Below the pieces are notes generated by a model. It was not told the DNA's origin. It did no database searches and saw only the letters and a list, made by a program, of their open reading frames with translations. From positions 419,318 to 439,317 of the forward strand of contig NZ_SBIV01000003.1 in NCBI RefSeq assembly GCF_004765795.1: 20,000 nt of DNA, read 5' to 3'. Every line of letters starts with the position of its first letter. Positions within the stretch are counted from its first letter, which is position 1. This document shows positions 8,195 through 15,330 of the stretch, piece after piece. The position numbers and the translations under genes were made by a program. The stretch comes from Halorussus marinus. Its GTDB lineage: Archaea; Halobacteriota; Halobacteria; Halobacteriales; Haladaptataceae.

Positions 8195-8305
8195 ATGACA
8201 TCGAACAGTGACAAAGAGCGCGGCGAAAAGCGCGGCGTCCTCTCCTCCGGTCGTGCCAAAGACCTTGAGGACGCCGACGACGCCGCCAACGACGACGAGG
8301 ACTGA
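8195..8305 (+). CDS. 36-aa hypothetical protein
   Basis: MTSNSDKERGEKRGVLSSGRAKDLEDADDAANDDED*, ending 3 nt before the protease ATG; acidic tail typical of halophile proteins. Confidence 0.5.
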   Translation: MTSNSDKERGEKRGVLSSGRAKDLEDADDAANDDED

Positions 8306-8308
8306 CAG

Positions 8309-9562
8309 ATGACCAGGCAGCGAAACGAACAGCACTACGAGAAACGCGTCGACTACGTCGCCAAAGACGAGGACGCCCAGACCGCGACGGGCGTCGTCAT
8401 GGTGCCGTGGACGGTCGACCACCATGGCGACTGGGAGCGCCCCGAGACGATCGAGGCGTTTGCCGCCCAGTTCGAGGCGTTCATGGACGTCGAGGAGGCC
8501 GACGGCGGCATCATGCACGCCGTCTGGCCCTCCGACTGGATGACGCTCGAACGGAACGAGGTGCTCGACGAGGCCGAGGAGATCGGCGGCAAGACCGTCG
8601 ACGCCGGCGCGTGGGTCCAGACGTGGGCCTACCACGACGACGAGCTCTGGAGCCTCGTCGCGGACGGCATCCTCGACGGCCACTCCATCGGCGCGATCAA
8701 CGTCGACTGGACGTACACCACTGACGACCCCGAGGAGCTCCCCGACGAGGTCTCCGTCCCAGACGCAGTCGATGTCGAGGAGTACTGGGAGCTCACTGAC
8801 GGCATCATGCAAGAAGTCAGCGCGGTCGACATCCCCGCGGTGCCTGACGCCCAGATCCTCTCGACGTCGAAAGCGCGGGCAGCGACCGCGGAGAAGCGGC
8901 TCGCCGACCACCTCGGCAACCGCGACGCCTTCATCGAGGAGGCGCTGGAGCGCGGCCACAGCGAGCAAGACGCCGAACGGCTGTGGGACGTGCTCGACCG
9001 CGGGATCAACGTCGAGGGCGCTGGCGAGCCCGGCGCCAAGAGCAAGCTGACGAGCGCCGCGACGGCGTTCCTCAACGCACTCACCGGATCCGATGACGGC
9101 GACACAGGTGCGACGACGTCCGAGGCCTCGGGTGCTGGATCGACTGCCAAAGACGCCCCCGGCGGCGACACGCCGGCCGACGACGATGGCGGCACAGAAG
9201 CCGCCGACGATTCTGACATGAGCAACGACGACGAGCCCCCGGAGTGGGCACAGGAACTCAAGGAACAGGTCGACGAACAGAGCAAGCGACTCGACGACGC
9301 CCTCGAGGCCGCCAGCGATGGCGGCGACGGCGAGAAGGACGCGTTCGCTGACGCTCCCGAGTGGGCGAAGGCGCTGAAGGAGGACGTCGACAAGCAGGCC
9401 GAGCGCATCGACGCGATCTCGAAGCAGACCGGTGCGACCGAGAGCCAGCAGCTCGGCGGTGCCGAGAAGGGCGGCGACGGAGACGGTGTCGACCGTCGGG
9501 CGGCGTTCTTCACGCCGGAGAGCAAGATGAGCGAGCTCGCAGGCAGCCAGGGAGGCCGATAG
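8309..9562 (+). CDS. Prohead protease (XkdF-like serine protease) fused to scaffold domain
   Basis: GVVMVPWTVDHHGD, IMH, GHSIG and EVSAVDIPAVPDA motifs; acidic coiled-coil C-terminus; lies between portal and capsid genes. Confidence 0.88.
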   Translation: MTRQRNEQHYEKRVDYVAKDEDAQTATGVVMVPWTVDHHGDWERPETIEAFAAQFEAFMDVEEADGGIMHAVWPSDWMTLERNEVLDEAEEIGGKTVDAGAWVQTWAYHDDELWSLVADGILDGHSIGAINVDWTYTTDDPEELPDEVSVPDAVDVEEYWELTDGIMQEVSAVDIPAVPDAQILSTSKARAATAEKRLADHLGNRDAFIEEALERGHSEQDAERLWDVLDRGINVEGAGEPGAKSKLTSAATAFLNALTGSDDGDTGATTSEASGAGSTAKDAPGGDTPADDDGGTEAADDSDMSNDDEPPEWAQELKEQVDEQSKRLDDALEAASDGGDGEKDAFADAPEWAKALKEDVDKQAERIDAISKQTGATESQQLGGAEKGGDGDGVDRRAAFFTPESKMSELAGSQGGR

Positions 9563-9565
9563 AAC

Positions 9566-10543
9566 ATGAGCATCCAGCAGAACTACGGCGGTATGACCGG
9601 CGTGCGGAAGGGCAACGAGGAAGCGCTGAAGGACATCGCTCCCGCGGATCTCTCGGGCGGCGTGATGCCGCGGGACCTCTTCAACGAGTGGTACCAGCGG
9701 ATCCAGGACACCAGCCAGCTGATGGGCATGGTCCGGACCGAGGTCCTGCCGCGGCCGAAGATGGAGATCGCCCGGATCGGCGTCGGCGAACGCATGCGGC
9801 GCGGCGCCGGCACCGAGGAAGGCACCAGCAACGGCAGTGCGGAGGTGAACACGGACGGCATCAAGATGGACGCCGAGAAGGGCGTGCTCGACTGGGACCT
9901 CCCCCAGGAGACTGTCGAGGACACGATCGGGCAGGTCGACGAGATCGTGCTCGACAAGATGAGCAACCAGTGGGCGGTCGACACCCAGGACCTCGGCATC
10001 AACGGCGACGAAGACGACGCGTCGGGTGGTGACAGTCAGGCGTTCCTCAGTCAGAACGACGGCTGGCTGAAGATCCTCAACGAGCGCACCGACACGAACA
10101 CCTACGACCACGCCGGCGGCGCGATCGACACGTCGCTGTTCCACGAGGCGCGGGCAGCGCTGCCGAACAAGTTCAAGCGGTCGGCGGCGGTGAACGAGCC
10201 CGTCTACATGATGAACCTCTCCCAGATCGAGGAGTGGGAGTTCGACCTCACCCAGCGTGAGGACCCGCTCGGCGCTGCCGTCATCTTCAGCGACGACGAT
10301 CTGACGCCGTTCAACTACGACGTCTACGGGTTCGCCGGCTGGCCCCAGGGTACGGCGCTGTTCACCTACCCGGAGAACCTCATCTACGGCGTCTGGCGGC
10401 AGACCGAGGTCGAGGTGCTCGATCAGACGGACAAGACCGCGGAGAACGACCTGTTCGCGCGCTACTTCATGCGGACCCGCGACGACTTCCAGGTCGAGGA
10501 CGAGGAGGGCGCGGTCCTCATCAACAACGTCGCGACCGCCTGA
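9566..10543 (+). CDS. Major capsid protein (HK97 fold)
   Basis: 325 aa after the protease; motifs GGVMPRDL, DLGINGD...FLSQNDGWLK, TYPENLIYG, RDDFQVED...AVLINNV typical of halovirus and PBSX-like MCPs. Confidence 0.9.
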   Translation: MSIQQNYGGMTGVRKGNEEALKDIAPADLSGGVMPRDLFNEWYQRIQDTSQLMGMVRTEVLPRPKMEIARIGVGERMRRGAGTEEGTSNGSAEVNTDGIKMDAEKGVLDWDLPQETVEDTIGQVDEIVLDKMSNQWAVDTQDLGINGDEDDASGGDSQAFLSQNDGWLKILNERTDTNTYDHAGGAIDTSLFHEARAALPNKFKRSAAVNEPVYMMNLSQIEEWEFDLTQREDPLGAAVIFSDDDLTPFNYDVYGFAGWPQGTALFTYPENLIYGVWRQTEVEVLDQTDKTAENDLFARYFMRTRDDFQVEDEEGAVLINNVATA

Positions 10544-10554
10544 GGTGGCTCGCC

Positions 10555-10923
10555 ATGACACGAGTCACGTACACGGCTGACGGCGGCCACTACCGGGTCG
10601 GCGGCGTCGGCTTCGACCCCGGCGACACCAAGGACGTCGACGGCGAGCTCGCCGACTACCTCCGCGACCACGAGGACTTCGACGTGGTCGAGGACGCCGC
10701 TGACGAAGTGGGCGAGACATCCGACCTCGGCGACGGTGCGGTAGAGGTCGAACCGCCGTTCGATCCATCCGACCAGACCGTCGACGAACTCAGCGAACGC
10801 GTCGAGGACATCGACGATGTCGACCTCCTCGATGCACTCTACCACGCCGAGGACACGGGGAAGTCTCGGACAACGGCACTCGAGACCATCAGTTCGCGCT
10901 ACTACGACGAGCTGGAGGGCTGA
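10555..10923 (+). CDS. Head accessory protein (small helical C-terminal domain)
   Basis: GAGGTG RBS; follows MCP; FDPSDQTVDEL...AEDTGKSRTTALETI pattern seen in post-MCP proteins of haloviruses. Confidence 0.6.
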   Translation: MTRVTYTADGGHYRVGGVGFDPGDTKDVDGELADYLRDHEDFDVVEDAADEVGETSDLGDGAVEVEPPFDPSDQTVDELSERVEDIDDVDLLDALYHAEDTGKSRTTALETISSRYYDELEG

Positions 10924-10926
10924 CCC

Positions 10927-11220
10927 ATGCCCACTGAAGAGGCGACGATCGACATCGAAACCGCTGGCAACGCCGTCAGCCTCCGGCTGCTCGGCGCCAA
11001 CATCGTCGACATCCACATCCGCGGCGACGCTGCGGCGGACTACGAGGTCGACGTCCGGCAGAACGGCGGCGACTGGATCCAGGGTGTCCGGTCGGGCTAC
11101 TCTGGGAGCGCGGACTACGACGACGTCGTCGAGACCGGCGCCGAGGAGATCCGCGTCCGCTGTTCGAGTGGAACCGGCACGGCTGGAGACATGGCGACGA
11201 TCACGCTGCTGGCGAGCTGA
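10927..11220 (+). CDS. Hypothetical beta-rich virion protein
   Basis: 97 aa, acidic, alternating hydrophobic pattern, GGAGG upstream, inside the head operon. Confidence 0.6.
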   Translation: MPTEEATIDIETAGNAVSLRLLGANIVDIHIRGDAAADYEVDVRQNGGDWIQGVRSGYSGSADYDDVVETGAEEIRVRCSSGTGTAGDMATITLLAS

Positions 11221-11235
11221 CCGCGGTGATCTCTT

Positions 11236-11979
11236 ATGCCTAAAGGCTACTGCACGCTCGAGGACCTCCGCCGCGCGCTCCAGGAGGCAGAGCTCCCCGG
11301 CGACATCAGTCAGGACCAGCAGCTCGCCGTCGACGCGATCGCCGCCCAGACCGAGCCACTGGAGAAGAGTCTGAAGCGCCACTGGTACGCGCCGACCGGC
11401 GCCACCATCCTCGACGAGGCCTCGGCGATCGACATCCCGACCGCGTCGAAGACCAGAGACGACGAGGAAGACATCCCGACCAGTGGTGCGTTCATCGTCG
11501 ACGAGAGCGGGCCGTCGCCGAAGACCTCGCAGGGATCGTACACGGCGATCGAGCTCGCACGCCGCGACGCCGAGTCCGTCTCCGAGCTGCTCGTCCGCAC
11601 TGCGGATGGGAGCTTCGAGGACTGGACCGTCGAGTACGAGGGCGGGTCGTGGCCAGACGCGGTCGGCGACGACTACTACCTCCGCGTGAACAACGGCGGC
11701 TGGAGCCGGCTCTACCTCGACACGGACAACCTCCTCGAGGACGGCGAGGACGACGAGTACGTCCTGAAGTCGTTCGCGAACGCGGTGTACGTGTCCTACT
11801 CGTACGGCCACGAAGGGATCCCGCGGAACGTTCGCCGGGCGGTTGCGTTCCGTGCTGCGAGTGACTTCGTCGATGAGGCCGCGGTCCAGATCCCGGAGAA
11901 CGCTCGGGTTCGGTCGGTCGAGTCGCTGGCTGAGGAGTTCGAGCGGAAGGCCGACGAGCTCCTGGAGGTCTACCAGTAA
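11236..11979 (+). CDS. Head-tail adaptor/connector protein
   Basis: N-terminal GYCTLEDLRRAL and C-terminal VSYSYGHEGIPRNVRRAV, typical of gp6/gp15-type adaptors; syntenic position. Confidence 0.7.
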   Translation: MPKGYCTLEDLRRALQEAELPGDISQDQQLAVDAIAAQTEPLEKSLKRHWYAPTGATILDEASAIDIPTASKTRDDEEDIPTSGAFIVDESGPSPKTSQGSYTAIELARRDAESVSELLVRTADGSFEDWTVEYEGGSWPDAVGDDYYLRVNNGGWSRLYLDTDNLLEDGEDDEYVLKSFANAVYVSYSYGHEGIPRNVRRAVAFRAASDFVDEAAVQIPENARVRSVESLAEEFERKADELLEVYQ

Positions 11980-11983
11980 TGGC

Positions 11984-12226
11984 CTACAACGTTGTTTTCG
12001 GCTTGTCTTCGTCGTACACAACGATGTTCTGCACTTTCCAAGGAGGGAAGAAGTTTCGCCGTTCTTCCTCGTCGTTGGGGTCTCGACATTCCACCCAGCC
12101 GTTCTCAAGTAGCCGGATTTCCGAGAACTTCATCGTAGTGAATCCTTTCTCGGACTCTTCGAGTTCAAGCTCGACACTCACGCCGTGGTCTGCCTTCCGG
12201 ATTACTCGGGGCATGTCTTCGGACAT
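11984..12226 (-). CDS. 80-aa antisense hypothetical protein (moron-like)
   Basis: MSEDMPRVIRKADHGVSVELELEESEKGFTTMKFSEIRLLENGWVECRDPNDEEERRNFFPPWKVQNIVVYDEDKPKTTL. Acidic, visibly lower GC, fills the gap between two + strand genes, TATA-like box upstream. Confidence 0.65.
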   Translation of the reverse strand: MSEDMPRVIRKADHGVSVELELEESEKGFTTMKFSEIRLLENGWVECRDPNDEEERRNFFPPWKVQNIVVYDEDKPKTTL

Positions 12227-12250
12227 CACTGGAGAGGTGTCAGCCACCCC

Positions 12251-12258
12251 GGATAAAT
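12251..12258 (-). promoter_or_regulatory. TATA-like box for a leaderless transcript of the antisense gene
   Basis: Minus strand ATTTATCC; TTTAT sits at about -31 to -27 from the ATG at 12226, the canonical haloarchaeal spacing. Confidence 0.5.
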
Positions 12259-12274
12259 GTAGGGGCCTCAATAC

Positions 12275-12730
12275 ATGAATCTCGACAGCAGCTTCGAGGA
12301 CGATCTCCGCGAGGCCGTCCTGGACGAGGCCGAACACGAACTCATAGGGCAATCGGACAACCTCGTCCATCAATTCGTCCAGGACGTCCACGACCAGCTA
12401 CGAGCGTACGGCAGCCAGTACGACTACAACGTCGAGCCGATCATCGAGAGCCTCGGCGAACCCCAAGTCGACCGCTCCGAGAACTCGCTCTCGATCCGAG
12501 TCGGCTGGGAGCACGAGGCCTCGGTCTACTTCGAGTTCGGGACCAGCGACCACACCGTTGAGGGCGATCCCCTGCTCGTCTTCGAGTTCGACCCCGCCGA
12601 GTACCCCTACCTGGCCGAGATGTTCCCCGACGGAACCGCGTTCCTGCCACAGACCCATCCCAGCGGGCTGCCTGAGTCGCGGGCGGTTCGGGATGCACTC
12701 AACGAGCTCCGGAGGGAGATGCAGCGATGA
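12275..12730 (+). CDS. Neck/tail completion protein (HK97 gp10-like)
   Basis: ASVYFEFGTSDH motif and position in the neck module. Confidence 0.65.
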   Translation: MNLDSSFEDDLREAVLDEAEHELIGQSDNLVHQFVQDVHDQLRAYGSQYDYNVEPIIESLGEPQVDRSENSLSIRVGWEHEASVYFEFGTSDHTVEGDPLLVFEFDPAEYPYLAEMFPDGTAFLPQTHPSGLPESRAVRDALNELRREMQR

Positions 12731-13227
12731 GTAGTCCGGAAGTTGACTGGGTGCTCGCCCAGCTGGGCAGTGTCGTCGGCTCGCTGACCGTCCCGCTGCG
12801 CCGCGTCGATCGCGACGAGAGCACCATCCTCGACGGCGACATCCGGTCGCGGACCGAGGACCTCCAGCAAGCGAACTACGTCGGCGCCACGCTCGCGGAC
12901 GTCGCGACCGAGCCGCGGGGCGCCGAGTACAACCTCTCCCGCGAGGCCGTGGTCGGCGTCCGCATCGAGGGCCTCAACCACAGCGAATGGGGCCACGTCG
13001 ATCCGGACGGCAGCGAGGGCATCGTCTGGCAGAACGGTGACACCGGCCTCGTCGATCGGATCCGGAGCACCCTGCTCGCCGAGCGCACCTGGCCGGACGC
13101 CGGCGGGACCGACGTCTCGTACACGCATCTGGAGGTGGCGAACCAAGCGCCGCAGTCGGAGCTGTATGCGGACTACTACCGCTACGATTTCGACGTCGTC
13201 TTTGACGGCTACGAGGACTTATCATGA
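12727..13227 (+). CDS. Tail terminator/completion protein
   Basis: 166 aa immediately before the tail tube gene; ATGA overlap; C-terminal YRYDFDVVF strand. Confidence 0.55.
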   Translation: MSSPEVDWVLAQLGSVVGSLTVPLRRVDRDESTILDGDIRSRTEDLQQANYVGATLADVATEPRGAEYNLSREAVVGVRIEGLNHSEWGHVDPDGSEGIVWQNGDTGLVDRIRSTLLAERTWPDAGGTDVSYTHLEVANQAPQSELYADYYRYDFDVVFDGYEDLS

Positions 13228-13273
13228 CCAGTACAGACCGCAGTATTCCACCTGACGATGGAGGTACCGACCG

Positions 13274-14191
13274 ATGACCGGCGCGGGCAGTGGCGAACTC
13301 ATCTTCGGCCACGAGGACTCGTTCCTCGGCTCGCTCGTCGACAGCAACAGCGACGGCACGCCCGACCTCTTCGACTTTGGCCGGAACGCCGAGCTCACCG
13401 AACTTTCGCTGGACAACCAACTCCAGCGGCTCCGCGAAGCCGGCGAGGTCGAGGCGGCCGAGAGCATCAAGCAGAACTTCGAGGGCGCCGTCGGCGTCAC
13501 CGCCGTCGTGTCTAGCGACACGTTCAACGAGGTTGAGAAGCTCGTGTTCAACGACGGCGGCACCGGCTTCACGCCCGGGCTCGCCGCGTCCGGCCGCGTG
13601 TTCACCAACGTCCAGTACCCGACAGGGACTGCCGAGCGCGAACTGCTCGGCGTCATCCCGATCGACTTCAGCATCGACTACGAACAGGGCGGGATGGTCT
13701 CGTACAGCCTGACGATGGCGTACGCCGACGAGCAGCCCGGATCGTCAGTCGACCTGACCACGGCGACCCGAGTCAACGACGGGACGTCGGCGCCATTCCA
13801 CGGGTTCACCCTCACTATCGACGGAACGAGCATCGAGGACCTCCAGTCGTGCTCGCTGTCGATCAGCGAGATCGCGCGCTTCCAGCGCGGCACGGATCCG
13901 ACGCCGCTCCGAGCCGTGATCGCGAACCCGTCGACGACGCTCGACGCGACCGCGACGTTCACGTCACCGTCGCGGCTGGAGCTAGCTCGCGGCGCGGCGA
14001 ATGGCCCGCCGCCCGACCAGCTGGACAGCGTCACCGGCACGGTCGAAATCGCCGTCGAGGGCTCCACGGTCTCGACGTACGATCTCCCGAAGCTGAAGCC
14101 GGATTCGTACAACTGGGATAGCGTGATCACGCCGGACGACACGACAGACAGCACGACGTTCCACGTCAACGGCGGGGTGACGGTCGCATGA
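13274..14191 (+). CDS. Major tail tube protein
   Basis: GGAGGT RBS at 13260-13265; 305 aa, beta-rich and Thr/Ser-rich; precedes the frameshifting chaperone and tape measure genes. Confidence 0.75.
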   Translation: MTGAGSGELIFGHEDSFLGSLVDSNSDGTPDLFDFGRNAELTELSLDNQLQRLREAGEVEAAESIKQNFEGAVGVTAVVSSDTFNEVEKLVFNDGGTGFTPGLAASGRVFTNVQYPTGTAERELLGVIPIDFSIDYEQGGMVSYSLTMAYADEQPGSSVDLTTATRVNDGTSAPFHGFTLTIDGTSIEDLQSCSLSISEIARFQRGTDPTPLRAVIANPSTTLDATATFTSPSRLELARGAANGPPPDQLDSVTGTVEIAVEGSTVSTYDLPKLKPDSYNWDSVITPDDTTDSTTFHVNGGVTVA

Positions 14192-14721
14192 CGTTCAACG
14201 AGACGCACTTCGACTTCGACGACGAGGTTGACCGCCTCGAGGATCGGATTCAGGAGCTCACCGAGGCGCTCGCGGACATCGACGACGACAGCCCGCAGGC
14301 CCAGCAGTTGGCTTCCCAGAAGCAGGAACTCGCCGCCCAGAAGAAGGGCGTGCTGTGGGCGCGTGGCTTCCCCGAAGACGACGACCGCGAGGGCGCGTTC
14401 GAGAGCGACGACTTCCCGATGTGGGACGAGGACGTCGACGGCGTCACGCTCGGCGCGGTCCGGGCGAACGTCTACGGCAACATCCAGAACGACCTGGAGA
14501 GCGACCCGAACGCCGGCGGCGGTACGTCGGCCACGCTACTCGTCGCCGAAGGGACGGTCGAGGCACCATATATTGACGACAGCATGACCGACGCACAGCA
14601 CGCAGGCGTCGTCGGCCAGCTGCATCCGTTCTACCGGAAGTGGGCGGAGGCCCGCATCAGCGAACTCCTGGATCCCGAGGTGGGAAACGGGAGGTACTCC
14701 GCGACCTCGCCCGCGGAGTAG
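14188..14721 (+). CDS. Tail assembly chaperone (gpG-like)
   Basis: Between tail tube and tape measure genes; contains an in-frame slippery heptamer near its 3' end. Confidence 0.75.
   Translation: MTFNETHFDFDDEVDRLEDRIQELTEALADIDDDSPQAQQLASQKQELAAQKKGVLWARGFPEDDDREGAFESDDFPMWDEDVDGVTLGAVRANVYGNIQNDLESDPNAGGGTSATLLVAEGTVEAPYIDDSMTDAQHAGVVGQLHPFYRKWAEARISELLDPEVGNGRYSATSPAE
14682..14688 (+). promoter_or_regulatory. -1 programmed ribosomal frameshift site G GGA AAC
   Basis: X XXY YYZ heptamer correctly phased (GTG GGA AAC = V G N); the -1 frame stays open to TAG at 14900. Confidence 0.8.
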
Positions 14722-14900
14722 CGACCCGGGAGGACGTCTCGCGGCGCGAGGTGTACCGGTACGCGAAGTCGGCGTACATCGATCGTGGCGGTAGCCCCCG
14801 GGTCTTCGATGAGATGACGTGGGCGGAGATCGAGGACTGGATCGCGATCCACGACATCATGGACGCTCGGCAGTCGTTCGGCGGGGTCCCCGATGAGTAG
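14682..14900 (+). CDS. C-terminal extension of the chaperone (gpT part of the gpGT frameshift product 14188..14900)
   Basis: -1 frame reads REVLRDLARGVATRE...GGSPRVFDEMTWAEIEDWIAIHD, resembling gpT-like segments, with no convincing start of its own. Confidence 0.72.
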   Translation, partial: GKREVLRDLARGVATREDVSRREVYRYAKSAYIDRGGSPRVFDEMTWAEIEDWIAIHDIMDARQSFGGVPDE

Positions 14901-14907
14901 CTGGCCC

Positions 14908-14917
14908 TAAATTTAAG
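14908..14917 (+). promoter_or_regulatory. TATA box for a leaderless lipoprotein transcript
   Basis: TAAATTTAAG; TTTAAG lies at -30 to -25 from the ATG at 14942. Confidence 0.65.
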
Positions 14918-14941
14918 CGGGCAGAGACAAACAGCCAAGCA

Positions 14942-15319
14942 ATGAGCCTCAGCAGGACCCTCCCCGCAGTTGCTCTTGTCTTGATACTGCTCGTTGCAGG
15001 GTGTGCCGGGACGGGGACATCAGCGCCGGAAACGACAGAAACCGAAACCGTGGCTGAATTGCCGCTCCGGACGTGGAGCGTGACTCAGGACACAACTGAT
15101 AACGGTAGCACCATCGAAATATCGGGGATGGTCCTTAACACGGGCGAGGAGTCCGTCAGTGGGACGATGGAGGTCGCCCTGCTGAACGAATCGTCACCCG
15201 TGGCAACGCGGACGCTCGAGCTGGAAGACGTTTCACCGGAGGAGCAAGTCGAATTCTCGGTTGAATTCGACATCAACGCGACCGAAGTCGACGGCCGTCG
15301 CATCTCCTTCAGCAGATAA
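14942..15319 (+). CDS. Lipoprotein with Ig-like (FxLYD-like) beta-sandwich domain; moron
   Basis: Signal peptide with lipobox LVAG-C, Thr/Glu linker, then ISGMVLNTGEESVS...LEDVSPEEQVEFSVEF; own promoter; visibly lower GC. Confidence 0.75.
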   Translation: MSLSRTLPAVALVLILLVAGCAGTGTSAPETTETETVAELPLRTWSVTQDTTDNGSTIEISGMVLNTGEESVSGTMEVALLNESSPVATRTLELEDVSPEEQVEFSVEFDINATEVDGRRISFSR

Positions 15320-15330
15320 CCGCTATTCAT

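Noticed and set aside
8116..8211. Read-through of the portal TAG stimulated by the downstream structure
   Set aside because: Would add only about 30 aa before a TGA, and the main stem begins about 20 nt after the stop; no further support.
6292..12108. Long minus-strand ORFs (665, 841, 548 aa and others)
   Set aside because: Antisense shadows of GC-rich, acidic + strand genes; Val/Leu/Arg-rich with no motifs.
12227..12391. N-terminal extension of the minus-strand ORF to 12391
   Set aside because: Overlaps the neck gene antisense; TATA spacing supports the ATG at 12226.
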